Shown here in pieces: positions 11,290-25,200 of a DNA stretch of 64,000 nucleotides. Position 1 is the stretch's first letter. The number at the start of each line of letters is the position of its first letter. The stretch is from positions 50,096,001 to 50,160,000 of the forward strand of contig CM060731.1 in NCBI GenBank assembly GCA_030704615.1. The letters are read 5' to 3'. Both the position numbers and the translations under genes were made by a program. The notes beneath the pieces are model-generated. The model saw only the letters and a list, made by a program, of their open reading frames with translations. It was not told the origin of the DNA and ran no database searches. This DNA comes from Takakia lepidozioides (lineage: Eukaryota; Plantae; Bryophyta).

Positions 11290-14200
11290 AATTGCACCCA
11301 TGCAGGTTTCTTGTAGCTATCCTTCCACAGGGAATCGTAGGTAATTTGGAGCTTTAATCCGGCCCTCTTGGATGAATCTGAAACCACACTCTATCCCTGC
11401 TCCTTCAGCTATCCATGCCTCTACACAAATCATGCATACATCCTTGTCGTGCAGCTGATAATGATAGCCTAGATTTGTTCTAGGAAACACCCAACTCAGC
11501 TTATTACACTAGTTCTATACTGAATTGCATCTGCTACTCTCCTGTAATCTAACAGGCATTCACATTTTTGCCTCAATGTCCCACCATTGACTGGGGTTAA
11601 AAAGAATTCATTCCACAGCTTCTCCTCATCTTTGTTACTTGTTTGTGGATACTTTCCTGTTGTCACATTGGCAGTATCATGTCAAATTCACTCTAAATTA
11701 TCAAAGGTTCACTCAACCGGCTAACCTTCAGAATTCAACATGAAAAGTTAGGGCCGATTTTGATTAGAGGGAAAAACAGGGTGAAATGTGTTGAAGAAGG
11801 TGCCTTGATTATCAGTGCCTAATTTTATCAATTGTGTCGCTGTTGCTGTGGCTTCCAATTGACCATCTACCCATGGAGGTTTCTTGTAGCTATCCTTCCA
11901 CATGGAATCATAGGTAATCTGGAGCTTGAAATCCAGCCCTCTTGGATGAATCTGGACCCACACTCCAATCCCTGCCCCTTCAGCTATCCATGCCTCTGCA
12001 CAAATCATGCATACATCCTTGCCTTGCTGCTAGCCTGCTGACAATGACAGCCTAGAATTGTTCTAGCAAACACCCCAACCCTACTTATCATACTAGTTCC
12101 TATGCTGACTTTGCGTCTGCTTCCAACAGGCATTCACCTTTTTGCCTCGATTGTTCCACCATTGACTGGGGTCGGAAACGTACTCATTCCAGAGCTTCGA
12201 CTCCTCAGCTAACTTTCAGAGTTCGACATCAAAATTCAAGGTCGACTCTGATAGCAAAATGTAATGGGTGTGCAAACCAACTTTCATGTGGTGTAGTTTC
12301 ATATCATTTCAGTGATAGGCAATTACCATGGAGATTGAGATCCAACAATGGAAATGAGTATTCACTATCTGTGTGATACTTCAAGCAATAAATTTAAGGG
12401 ATCTATCAGTAGATGGTGAGAACTCACTAGCATTTTTGTTATCACTAAAGCTCTCCACTCTAAAGCAAGTTCTGTTTTTTTTACTTCGTGTCAAGATAAG
12501 AGCATCGTATGTTACAGAGGACAATGTTAGATCACAGAGAAAAGCACTCCTCACCCTCAGACCTAGAAACAAGGCACTGCCCTACATTTCAATCATGTCT
12601 CCCCGATATACACATCAAATCCATTATTCTAATATTGAAGCTTAGATCCTCTATACAGTGCAAGCAACAAGATCAGAGAAAGAGTACCTCAATTGAGATA
12701 GCACGGCGCTGTGACTCAGCAAATCCTGCTAGCATGGCAACCACAGATCTGCCGGTTAAAGCACATGACACATCAGTATGGGTAAAACAGCTCATGGAGT
12801 GTAGAAACACAAGACAAGCCCAACTTTTCTCTAGATTAAGCTCTAGTAGCGCTCCCACATGAATGTCCAAATACGTATCTTAACATTAGGAAATGAGTCC
12901 GGGGAACAAACCCAAATGAAAGACAATTAATTACTTTCAATAGAGCAGCGACATACCCAAGGAAAAAGACTGCAGCATGGACTGACAACACAGCCCCTCC
13001 AATGATTCCTAAGTGTGCCAAAACAGATGAAGCACTTTGAGATGGTGACATAAACACTGCCCCCACTGTACTGGTGGAAAGAAGTGTTCCTAGGATTGTC
13101 CCTATGTGTGAGGTAAGGGAAGCAGCACAGACAGAAAGAAGTTTATCACGTCATGGGAAGACCATTGGGCCTGAGGGACAAGAACAGAATGTACTCATAA
13201 GATGTTGTTTGCCGTAGCCTGAGGGACAAGAACGGAAACAGAACCGAAGAACAACAGGGGCTTCCCTTTTTCACTATGTAATAAGAAAAAAATACAAATT
13301 TATTACTTCCACAGTAGGCTCAAAGATAAATATACTTGTAGGACGTTGTTTGCTGTAGCCTAAGGGCCATAGACCCTGGGAAAAATAGGGTGAAATGTGT
13401 TGAAGAAGGTACCTTCACTAGCAGTGTCTTGTTCTATCAATTGTGCTGTTGCCGCTGCTGTTTTCAGTTGACCATCTACCCACTTGTAGCTATTGATCCA
13501 TAGGAAATCAGAATTAATCTTGTGTTTGAAACCCGGCCCTCTTGGATAAATCTGGACCTCTATCCCTGGTCCTTCAGCTATATATCATTGCCTGCGTACA
13601 AGTCATAAATACATCCTCAGCCTTGCTGCTAGCAGCTGACACTAACGGCGTGAAATTTCTGCAAACACCCGAGCCCTACGTATTCCAGTAGTTCCAATTC
13701 TATATTGCATCTGCTTATGTCTGCAGTCCAACAGGCATTCACCTTTTTGTCTCCATTGTCCCACCATTGACTAGGGTCGGAGTGTTCATTCTAAAGCTTC
13801 TCCTCATCTCAGTTATCTGTTTCTGGATACTTTCTGCGGCCACATCGGCAGTAACTTGTCAAAGTCACTCCAAACCACCACAGATCCACCCAACAAGCTA
13901 ACTTACAGAATTCAGTATGCATCTTAGGGCCAAGTCTGATGAGAAGGCAAAACAGGCTGAAACAGGTCAAAGAAGAAGGTGCTTTCACCACATTGTCCTT
14001 TGTCCATGGAGGATTTGACCGAACATCAACCCAAAATGCCCTCTTGTGTGTGTTGTTTGTGTCTGTAGTCAGGTAATGTCGGATTGGTCTGTGAGAACCA
14101 CCACGGTGCAGCAGAGCAGGCAGCGATTGAAACACGGCCTGCTAAGACCAAGCTGACTTTCCCAAGAACCTTGTAAACATAAGGAAGAATATCAAATCAT

Positions 14201-15490
14201 GGTACTAACAGGAGCCAAGAGCCCACCTTTGCAGGATGGACAAACTTCTTCACATCGTACATTAAGAAAAGCCACACCTTGTGATTGCGGTTGTCCCACC
14301 ATCCTGAAGGATCTTTATAAAACTCATGCCAGCTTACATCACGAACAAGCTAACTTGCAGAATTCTACATGAAATTTTAGGGATGACTCTGATAACAGGG
14401 CAAAACAGGGTGAAATGTGTTGAAGAAGATACCTTCATTAGCAGCAAATTGTTCTATCAATTGTACTACTGCCGCTTCTATTTCCAGGATGACATCTGGT
14501 ACAATTCTAGCTACCGCACAAAGCATCTTCATATGCCCAGAAGTGCCAGAAGAGGCATTGTGGACTCCCTCTCTTGATCCTCTAATTTCAGAAGTTGTGG
14601 TCATGGTTGAGGTGCCTAGTTTTATCAACTGTGCCGCTGCTGCTACCTTTAATTGACCATCTACCCATGCAGGTTTCTTGTAGCTACTAATCCACCTGGA
14701 ATCAAGGTAATATGAAGCTTGAAGTCCAGCCCTCTTGGATGAATCTGGCCCCACACTCTATCCCTGCTCCTTCAGCTATCCATGCATCTACACAAATCAT
14801 GCATACATCTTTGCCTTGCAGCTGATAAGGACAGCCTAGATTTGTTCTAGGAAACACCCAACTCAGCTTATTACACTAGTTCTATACTAAATTGCGTCTG
14901 TTATTCTCCTGTAATCTAACAGGCATTCACCTTTTTGCTTTGGTGTCCCACCATTGACTGGGTTCCTCATCTCTGTTACGTGTTTTTGGATACTGTTGTC
15001 ACAGTGGCAGTATCATGTCAAAGTCACTCCAAACTACATTCACTCAACCAGCTCTTGCAGAATTCAACATGAAAATTTAGGGCCGATCTTGATAAGAGGG
15101 AAAAACAGGGTGAAATGTATTGAAGAAGGTGCCTTGATTACTAGTGCCTGATTTTATCAGTTGTGTCGCTGGTGCTGCGGCATCCAGTTGACCATCTACC
15201 CATGCAGGTTTCTTGTAGCTATTGATCCACAGGGAATCATAAATAATCTTGTGCTTGAAATCTGGCCCTCTTGGATGAATCTGAGCCCACTCTCTATCCC
15301 TGCTCCTTCAGTTATCTCTACCTCTCTGTTCCAGCAAACACCCTAACCCTACTTATCACACGAGTTCCTATGTTGTCTTGAGCTTCCAACAGGCATTCAC
15401 CTTTTTGCACCAACGAGCTAACTTGCAGAATTCAACCTGAAAATTTAGGGACAACACTGATAACAGGGGAAACAGGCTGAAATGTATTGA
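11290..15490 (-). pseudogene. About five tandem exon-intron units encoding OSB/PTAC9-type PDF motifs (organellar ssDNA-binding protein fragments)
   Basis: Minus strand: DEEKLWNEFF..., SDPSQWWNNRGKK|gtgaat intron ...cag|IHPRGPDFKHKI...LWI.SYKKP.WVDGQL; a divergent copy PDYRHK...FWVDVRSNPPW at about 14000-14080. Confidence 0.75.
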
Positions 15491-16560
15491 AAAATGTGCT
15501 CATAGGTCTCCAAAGCCTCCATCCCGCGCCTTTGCTGTGCATATCCTGCAATCATCGCACTCCACGACACCACATCTCGTTCAGCCATATTGTTAAATAC
15601 TCCCTTTGCATCCTCGATGCACCCACATTTGTATACATGTCCACGAGAGTACTGTTCAGAATGACATCGGGTACAATTCCAGCTCTGACAATGTCACCAT
15701 GGACCTCTTTGCCCTTTTCCAGGGTTGCCAGGCGTGCACATGCATTGCAAATGCAAACGTGATGTGGTCGGGCTTCACCCCTTCCGCCATCATTTGATCG
15801 TAGGTCTCCAAAGCCTTCTTCCCACGGCCTTGTTGTGCATACCCCACAAGCATCGTTCAGCCATACCTTTGCAAACTCCCTTCGCATCCTCGATGCACCC
15901 GCATTTAGCATACATGTCCACGAGGGTATTGTTCAGAATGACGTCGGGTACAATTCCAGCTCTGATGATGTCACCATGAGCCTCTTTGCCCTTTTCCAGG
16001 GCTGCCAGGCTCGCACAGGCATTGCATATACAAATGAACGTGACCAGGTCTGGCTTTACCCCTTCCTGCATCATTTGCTCATAGGTCTCCAATGCCTCTA
16101 TCCCGCATCCATGCTAGGGAATATCCCGCGATCATCACACACTCCAGGACACGACATTTCGTTCAGCCATATTCTCAAACACTCCCTTTGTATCGTCAAT
16201 ACTGCCACATTTGGTATACATGTCCACGAAGGTATTGTTCAGAATGACATCGGGTACAATTCCAAATTTGACAATGGCACCATGGACCTTTTACCCTTCT
16301 CCAGGGCTGCCAGGCTCGCACACACATTGTAAACACAAACGAACGTGACCCGGTCCGGCCTCACCCCTTCCCGCATTATTTGCTCATACGTCTTCGAAGC
16401 CTCTATACCACACCCCCGCTGTGCATATCCTCGCCCTTCCTACATCATTTGTTCAAGAATAAGCTCAAGAAAGCTGCATCAGTTGCTCAAGAATAGGTCG
16501 CAAAGCCTCAATCCCACGCCCCTGCATTGCATATCCTGCGATCATCCGTTCCATGACACA
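15487..16560 (-). pseudogene. PLS-type PPR gene fragments inside the CACTA element
   Basis: GVKPDLVTFICICNACASLAALEKGKEAHGDIIRAGIVPDVILNNTLVDMYAKCGCIEDA..., repeated with frameshifts. Confidence 0.9.
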
Positions 16561-17532
16561 AGTTCTCACTGCTTCGGCTCGATACTACGAAAATATATGG
16601 TAGCACGGGAGACAAAAGGAGGCTAAAGTCCCAGCCCTATGTGTTCACGGCTGAACGTGGGCAACCCTAAAGCAACTTTTTGAATTTTTTTAACTTTTTA
16701 CACTTTGTGTCATTCCATTGACACAAGTGCTTCGTTAAAGATAGATGGATGAAGTCATCCAATGGATAAACCCATTCATGTATATACCTTAAGATGCCAC
16801 GTGTAGTGATGTAGTCATATAAACAGAGCTATGAAACCTCCTGTAGTCATGTAGTCATAAGTTTCTATGGCATGTCATCAATGTGTAGTAGTAGTATAGT
16901 CACACATATAACTCCACAACACTGTGCTTTCAAAACAGACCTCCTTGTACAAGATCAATCAAATTTTATCAAAGTGAATGCAAAAGTACTACAAAAACTT
17001 CAAAATCTGAGAACGTGCTACGTACCAATGTTCATTCCAGCTCTGGGTGGATCAGAAGCTCTGGCTAGAAAAGGGAGCCAGCAGATACACAAGCATTTGC
17101 TGTGAAACGATCAAACATCCCAGACGCATACATTGACCCACAACCTGCAACGTGCCATCTAACGTCCTGACAGCAGCAAAACTCCTCTCAACTGAAGATC
17201 GACAGCACAAGCAGTATCATCCACAGCACATCAAATTGAAAGTCTCTTCCACGTACCTCCCTGAGCCGAGACCCTCCGCTATACGAATGACACGTGTCTG
17301 ACGTGTAGTAATGTGTATGACTACTAGTTATATAAACCAAGCCTATGTTCTTGGTCAACAATGTTTGACCGCAGCTCCTGGTCATGTAGTAAAATGTGTG
17401 ACTGCATTAGATTAAAATATATTAAAATATGCCCAACAATGAGTTTCATCACTTCGTAGTTACATATATAGTCATTGTTACCAAGGTTTATATCACCCGT
17501 AGTCATAAAAACGTTAATCTGTAGTAGTGTAT

Positions 17533-19234
17533 GTTGGAGCAACCCTCAAGGTAAAAGAATATTAATACTTCAAGATTACCAATGGAGTCTGGCAAGCCTT
17601 TGAGTGCGATACAATTCTTGAGCCACAGTCTTCGGAGATGAATCAATGCTCCAACGGAATTAGGCAAGCTCTCCAAGCTGGTACAAGTCTAGGTCCAACT
17701 CTTCGAGCACTTTCAACAATCCCAAGCAGTCAGGCAACGCTTGCATGTTGGAGCAACCCTCAAGATAAAAAAAATCTTAACACTTCAAGATTACCAATTG
17801 AGTTTGGCAGGCCTTTGAGTGCAGTACAATTCTTGAGCCACAGTCTTCGGAGATGAATCAATGCTTCGACAGAATCAGGCAAGCTCTCCAAGCTCGTACA
17901 AGAGTCTAGATCCAACTCTTCAAGCTCTTTCAAAAGTCCCAAGCAGTCAGGCAATGCTTGTATGTTGGAGAAACCCTCAAGGTAAAAGAATCTTAACACT
18001 TCAAGATTACCAATGGAGTCTGGCAGGCCTTTGAGAGCTTTACAATTCTGGAGCCACAGTCTTCGGAGGTGAATCAATGCTCCGACGGAATCAGACAAGC
18101 TCTCCAAGCTGGTACAAGAGTCTAGGTCTAACTCTTCGAGCTCTTTCAACAGTCCCAAATAGTCAGGCAATGCATGTATGTTGAAGCAACCCTCAAGGGA
18201 AAAGAATCTTAACACTTCAAGATCACCAGTGGAGTCTAGTACACCTTTGAGTGTTGCACAATTCTTGAGCCACAGTTTTTGGAGATAAATCAATGCTCCG
18301 ATGGAATCAGGCAAGCTCTCCAAGCTCGTATAAGAGTGTAGGTCCAACTTTTCCAAGTCTTTCAACAGTCCCAAGGAGTGAGGCAATGCTTGTATGCTGG
18401 AGCAACCCTAAAGGTAAAGCTAGAAATTTGGAGGATGTGCACCTCCGTCGGATGGAGGTTCATCTTAACGATCTTCAATGTACCAACACAGAGGTATGAC
18501 AATAACCTGGTCACTTCAAGATTACCAATGGAATCTGGCAGACCTTTGAGTGTTGTACAATTCTTGAGCCACAGTCTTCGGAGATGAATCAATGCTCCGA
18601 TGGAATCAGGCAAGCTCTCCAAGCTGGTACAAGACTCTAGGTCCAACTCTTCGAGCTCTTTCAACAGTCCCAATGAGTCAGGAAATGTTTGTATAAGTTG
18701 GAGTAACCCTCAAGGTAAATGAGTCTTAACACTTCAAGATTACCAATGGACTCTGGTAGGGCTTTGAGTGATGTACAATTCTTGAGCCACAATTGTTCGA
18801 GATGAATCAATGTTCCGATGGAATCAGACAACCTCACCAAGCTGGTACAAGACTCTAGGTCCAACGTATGCTCCTTCAACAGCCCCAAGCAGTCAGGCAA
18901 GGCTTATATATTGGAACAACCCTTAAGGTTGAGGACTTTTAACTTTGTAAGATTACCAATGGAGTCTGGCAGGCCTTTGAGGGCTGTACAATTCATGAGC
19001 CACAGTTTTTGGAGATGAATCAATGTTTTGATGGATTCAGGCAACCTCTCCAAGCTGGTGCAAGAAGAGAGATCCAAGTTTTCGAGCTCTTTAAGCAGCC
19101 CTAAACACTCAGGCAAGGCTTGGATATTGGAGCAACCCTCAAGGTAAATGAATTTTAACTTTGCAAGATCGTCAATGGAGTCTGGCAGGCCTTTGAGTGT
19201 TGTACAATCTTCAGCCACAGATTTTGGAGATGAA
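17533..19234 (-). pseudogene. Frameshifted continuation of the TNL LRR array (about 22 LRRs)
   Basis: ORF pieces 17760-18386, 18362-18673, 18661-18900 and 18904-19266 are the same LRR unit in shifting frames. Confidence 0.9.
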
Positions 19235-22200
19235 TCAATGTCCGATGGAATCAGGCAACCTCTCAAAGTTGGTACAAGACTCTAGGTCCAACGTTTTGAG
19301 CTCCTTCAACAGCTCCAAGCAGTCAGGCAAGGCTTGTATGTTGGAACAACCCTCAGGGGTGAGGACTTTTAACTTTGCAAGATTACCAATGGAGTCTGGC
19401 AGGCCTTTGAGTGCTGTACAATTCACGAGCCACAGTTGTTCGAGATGAATCAATGCTCCGATGGAATCAGGCAACCTCTCCAAGCTGGTACAAGACACTA
19501 GGTCCAACGTTTTGAGCTCCTTCAACAGCCCCAAGCAGTCAGGCAAGACTTGTATGTTGGAACAACCCTCAAGGATGAGGACTTTTAACTTTGCAAGATT
19601 ACCAATGGAGTCTGGCAAGCCTTTGAGTGCTGTACAATTCACAAGCCACAGTTGTTCGAGATGAATCAATGTTCCGATGGATTCAGGCAAGCTCTCCAAG
19701 CTGGTGCAAGAAGAGAGATCCAACGTTTTGAGCTCTTTCAACAGCCCCAAACAATCAAGCACGGCTTGTATGTTGCAGGAACAACCCTCAAGGCTGAGGA
19801 TTTTTAACTTTGCAAGATTACCAATGGAGTCTGGTAGGCCTTTGAGTGCCGTACAATTCTTGAGCCACAACTTTTGGAGATGAATCAATGCTCCGATGGA
19901 ATCAGGCAACCTCTCCAAGCTCGTACAAGACTCTAGGTCCAACGTTTTGAGCTCCTTCAACAGCTCCAAGCAGTCAGGCAAAGCTTGTATGTTGGAACAA
20001 CCCTCAAGGATGAGGACTTTTAACTTTGCAAGATTACCAATGGAGTCTGGCAGGCCTTTGAGTGCTGTACAATTCACAAGCCACAGTTGTTCGAGATGAA
20101 TCAATGTTCCGATGGATTCAGGCAAGCTCTCCAAGCTGGTGCAAGAAGAGAGATCCAAGTTTTCGAGCTCTTTCAATAGCCCCAAACAATCAAGCACGGC
20201 TTGTATGTTGCAGGAACAACCCCCAAGGCTGAGGACTTTTAACTTTGCAAGATTACCAATGGAGTCTGGTAGGCCTTTGAGTGCTGTACAATTCTTGAGC
20301 CACAACTTTTGGAGATGAATCAATGCTCCGATGGAATCAGGCAACCTCTCCAAGCTGGTACAAGACACTAGGTCCAACGATTTGAGCTCCTTTAACAGCC
20401 CCAAGCAGTCAGGCAAGGCTTGTATGTTGGAACAACCCTTAAGGATAAGGACTTTTAACTTTGCAAGATTACCAATGGAGTCTGGCAGGCTTTTGAGTGA
20501 TCTACAATTCGTGAGCCACAGTTGTTCGAGATAAATCAATGTTCCGATGGATTCAGGCAAGCTCTCCAAGCTGGTGCAAGAAGAGAGATCCAAGTTTTCG
20601 AGCTCTTTCAATAGCCCCAAACAATCAAGCACGGCTTGTATGTTGCAGGAACAACCCTCAAGGCTGAGGACTTTTAACTTTGCAAGATTACCAATGGAGT
20701 ATGGGAGGCCTTTGAGTGCTGAACAATTCTTGAGCAACAACTTTTGGAGATGAATCAATGCTCCGATGGAATCAGGCAACCTCTCCAAGCCGGTACAAGA
20801 CTCTAGGTCCAACGTTTTGAGCTCCTTCAACAGCCCCAAGTTGTCAGGCAAGGCTTGTATGTTGGAACAACCCTCAAGGTTGAGGACTTTTAACTTTGCA
20901 AGATTACCAATGGAGTATGGTAGGCCTTTGAGTGTTGTACAATTCTTGAGCCACAGTTGTTCGAGATGAATCAATGCTCCGATGGAATCAGGCAACCTCT
21001 CCATGCTGGTACAAGACTCTAGGTCCAACGTTTTGAGCTCCTTCAACAGCCCCAAGTAGTCAGGCAAGGCTTGTATGTTGGAACAACCCTCAAGGTTGAG
21101 GACTTTTAACTTTGCAAGATTACCAATGGAGTCTGGCAGGCCTTTGAGTGCTGTACAATTCACGAGCCACAGTTGTTCGAGATGAATCAATGCTCCGATG
21201 GAATCAGACAACCTCTCCAAGCTGATACAAGACCATAGATCCAACGTTTTGAGCTCCTTCAACAGCCCCATGCAGTCAGGCAAGGCTTGTATGTTGGAAC
21301 AACCCTTAAGGTTGAGGACTTTTAACTTTGCAAGTTTACCAATGGAGTCTGGCAGGCCTTTGAGTGATCTACAATTCGTGAGCCACAATTGTTCGAGATG
21401 AATCAATGTTCCGATGGATTCAGGCAAGCTCTCCAAGCTGGTGCAAGAAGAGAGATCCAAGTTTTCGAGCTCTTTCAACGGCCCCAAACAATCAAGCACG
21501 GCTTGTAAGTTGCAGGAACAACCCTCAAGGCTGAGGACTTTTAATTTTGCAAGATTACCAATGGAGTCTGGTAGGCCTTTGAGTGCTGTACAATTCTTGA
21601 GCAACAACTTTTGGAGATGAATCAATGCTCCGATGGAATCAGGCAACCTCTCCAAGTTGGTACAAGACTCTAGGTCCAACGTTTTGAGCTCCTTCAACAG
21701 CCCCAAGTTGTGAGGCAAGGCTTGTATGTCGGAACAACCCTTAAGGTTGAGGACTTTTAACTTTGCAAGATTACCAATGGAGTCTGGCAGGCCTTTGAGC
21801 GCTGTACAATTCATGAGCCACAGTTTTTGGAGATGAACCAATGTTTCGATGGAATCAGGCAAGCTCTCCAAGCTAGTACAAGAAGAGAAGTCCAACTCTT
21901 CGAGCTCTTTCAATAGCCCCAAACAATCAGGCACGACTTGTATGTTGGAACAACCCCGAAGATTGAGGATTTTTAACAATGCAAGATTACCAATGGAGTC
22001 TGGCAGGCCTTTGAGTGCTGTACAATTCATGAGAAACAATTTTTGGAGATGACCCACTCCTTCGATGGACTCAGGCAAGCACTCCAAGCTGGTGCATGAT
22101 GAGAGGTCCAACTCTTCGAGCTCTTTCAACAGCCCGAAACAATCAGGGAGGGCTTGTATATTGGAACAACCCTCGAAGTTGAGGACTTTTAACATTGTAA

Positions 22201-25200
22201 GCTTAACAATGGAAGCCGGCACGCCTTCGAGTGTTGTACAATGCTTGACAATCATCTTTTGAAGCATCGTTAGCTCTCCAATCGAATGTGGAAGCATTTC
22301 AAGTCTCGAACAGCTAGATAGTTCTATCTCCTCCACTTTTTTCATATGAGCCAAAGCGTGTGTTGGACCCTTCAAGACAATATCACCAAAACTTATTAGT
22401 ATCCGCACCTAGTTTTACTCAAAATAATAGATATTGATCCCAACTCATTTTTTACAACACAACATTTCAAAGAAGCATACAATCTAATGTCTACATTTAA
22501 TGTAATATATGATATTCAATTTAAGTAACATGTACCTGGTTATTATGATCTTCCTCCCACAACTTTTGGATGGCACTGTCTCGCACATGAAGCACGCGCA
22601 AATTGTTCGCAAAAGAAAGCCCGTGAGGCAAGTAGTCGGACCGCAAATCACGCATGCAAAACCATGTCAAACTCTTTGGAAAAGTAATGGAAGATTCCCA
22701 TGTGAAATCATGTAAGAAAAGTATTCTTAACTTTTTCATTGTCTGAAAGCTCTCCATAGCCAATCTTTTGGAATCTCTCTCCACATTCTCCAAATTTAGT
22801 GAAAGCACTTGGACCTTGGATTTGATCTGGACAACACCACAACATACATTCTTGTATTCAACGGATAATAACATTCATGACGTCTCAAATAGAAATTCCA
22901 ATCATATGGCATCTATGAAAAGAAGCATTACATTTTGTGTTTCTCTGTACAATGAATGTCCATCAAGTTGTTGATTTATAGTCAAGCCTTGAAGTTGTGC
23001 AGCTCTCAAAATGTGTTAACACTTGGAACAATCACTTCGCTCCCTCTTCACCCATCAATCAAATATTTGAGTCTTGACTTGCATCGTACACACTTTAACA
23101 ACAATGGAATAGACAGTTCGATTTTTATGAAATCACCTCATTTTCAGTCAGGTCTGTTGCTTCATCTTGGGGTACCCAAAAACCACTCCACTTCTCAAGC
23201 AAACCATGCTCTGTCATCACAATGTGTCGACCCATGTCTCGTAGATGATCATGCATCAAGAATCTGCGTTCATAGTCCAACTTCACCAATGCCTTATCTA
23301 TGAGATTTCGAAGTCCAATCTCTGCAGACCACCCAGATCCTTTCCAGGCTCGTTTAGCTGTCTCACTTGATTGCCCAAGGAGCACGCAAGCAATGTCAAG
23401 GAACATTTTTTTATGATCTTCCTCGAGAGCATCAAAGCTTATTCGCAAGATCTCATATAGTTTTTTGTACTCTGGGAGATAAGATTGTTTCTGCAACTTC
23501 TCAAGGACTTCTTCCCAAATGCCTTTGTTCTCCTCTCCACTCAATGACGCGCCAATTATCTCCAAAATTAACGGAAGCCCATCACAAGCTTTCACAACAT
23601 CATTTGCAAGCTTTTCAAAATGTTTTTTTGGGTTCGAATTCGAAAAGGCATGCAAATTGAACAACTTCTTCGAATCTTCCTCACAAAGACCCTCGACATT
23701 GTAGATACCACCAAGTCTTAACATCAATCGCTTGTCACGTGATGTCATCACACAACAACTCCCATCTCCTAGTTCTCCAAACATCTCTGCATCGAACAAT
23801 AGAGCATCCATTTGAGACCGATCATCAACGTCATCCAACACAATCAAAACCTTCTTCCCACGTAGACGTGCCTTCAATATTTCTTTTCCTCGAGATACAT
23901 AATTCATCCTTAAATCTGTATTTTTGGATATGTCATCGTGCAATTGCTTTTGCATGTTGGTGACCCCATCAGGCTGCTTAGCTCTCTCCTTGATGTCCGC
24001 AACAAAACTAGCCGCCTCAAAACCCGTAAAAATACTATTGTATATTTCTTTCGCTAATGTCGTCTTGCCCACTCCACCTGTGCCCCATATGCCAAATGTC
24101 ATAACTCCTGAACCAAGCTGCAGACTTTGGATTACAATTTTTGCTCTTTCCTTGAGCCCGACAGGGTGTTTGGCAGTTCCAAATGGTAATATGTTCAAAA
24201 CTTCTTCAACTTTCTTCATCACTTTCTTCACCACACTCACTTCAGACCTGCACATCAAGGGCATTGATAAGGCTACATAAGGCAGCGCCCCATAAGCATC
24301 TCATCAAGAATTGCTTCTAAGAACTAGTAATTTTCAATCAGTTATCCAAAGGCAAAAGCAAGCTTCCAAGGAGCTCCAACATCTACACCACAATCAGCAA
24401 CACACTTTGTGATCTAAGAGTGCAACAAACAACTTTTTATGCAAAGCTCATAGTGCCAAGGGGCTTTGCCATGAAAAGTGATGTTGATCCACTAAAAGAT
24501 CTCGTCAGAAAACAAACAATTACAACTATCATGAAATTTATATGAAATATCCTAAATCATATAATTAAAGTCCCACTTCTACATTTGCATGAGCGATTCT
24601 TTCCTAGGAGATAAAAAGAATGAGGAAATAGAGAGTGGCTGTAATATCTTTACGAATATGGAGATATATCCATACTTACAGTTAAAGGTAGCCATATAAG
24701 AAGCATTGAGCAGATCTAATCTAAAGTTATTATAGAGGAATTTTCAGATGAGCAAACAAAAAACAATTAGAGAAACAGCAACAAAAAAGTAATAGAAAAA
24801 GAAAACCAAAAAAAAAGAAAAAAAAAGCATGTACAAAAAAGACACCGACCATAACAAAACAATGAACATGGATTCATATGAACCCTGAACTAAGAATTGT
24901 AGTATATAGACTTGGTGACTGCCTCTCACACATCCATGGACCAAGCAAAAAATGAAGACGTATGGAAGTATCAGGCCACCATCATTTTCTCTCCAAGAGA
25001 AAGTAAGTGCAATGACCTGACGGTACAAGAACGCATGACAAATCCTTAAAACCGACAAGAGAAGAAAACGATATCCCCATGCAGCCCCTCGTTGTTGACA
25101 AAGGCCTCCACAACTTCAAGGGTAGAGTCATAAAAGGAAGACAGCAAGGTAGGAGCAATTGGGAAATGAATGATCCTAAAAGTCAAAATTATGAAAGAGA

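Larger units (their letters stand above)
10372..17529. mobile_element. Non-autonomous CACTA (EnSpm) element, 7158 bp, carrying captured gene fragments
   Basis: 30-bp TIRs CACTAGTACAGATTAACGTTTTTATGACTA and CACTACTACAGATTAACGTTTTTATGACTA (1 mismatch); 3-bp TSD TAT at 10369-10371 and 17530-17532; ATGACTA/TAGTCAT subterminal repeats; no transposase seen; removing it restores the LRR sequence aaggctt(t)tatgttggagcaaccctc. Confidence 0.95.

Noticed and set aside
19197-22262. Regular series of ~67-aa plus-strand ORFs (MESG.LSKLVQ...)
   Set aside because: Antisense shadows of the 216/219-bp LRR unit, not a peptide gene array.
8481-22369. Periodic repeats as a CRISPR-like or satellite array
   Set aside because: No unique spacers; the period is fully explained by LRR coding.
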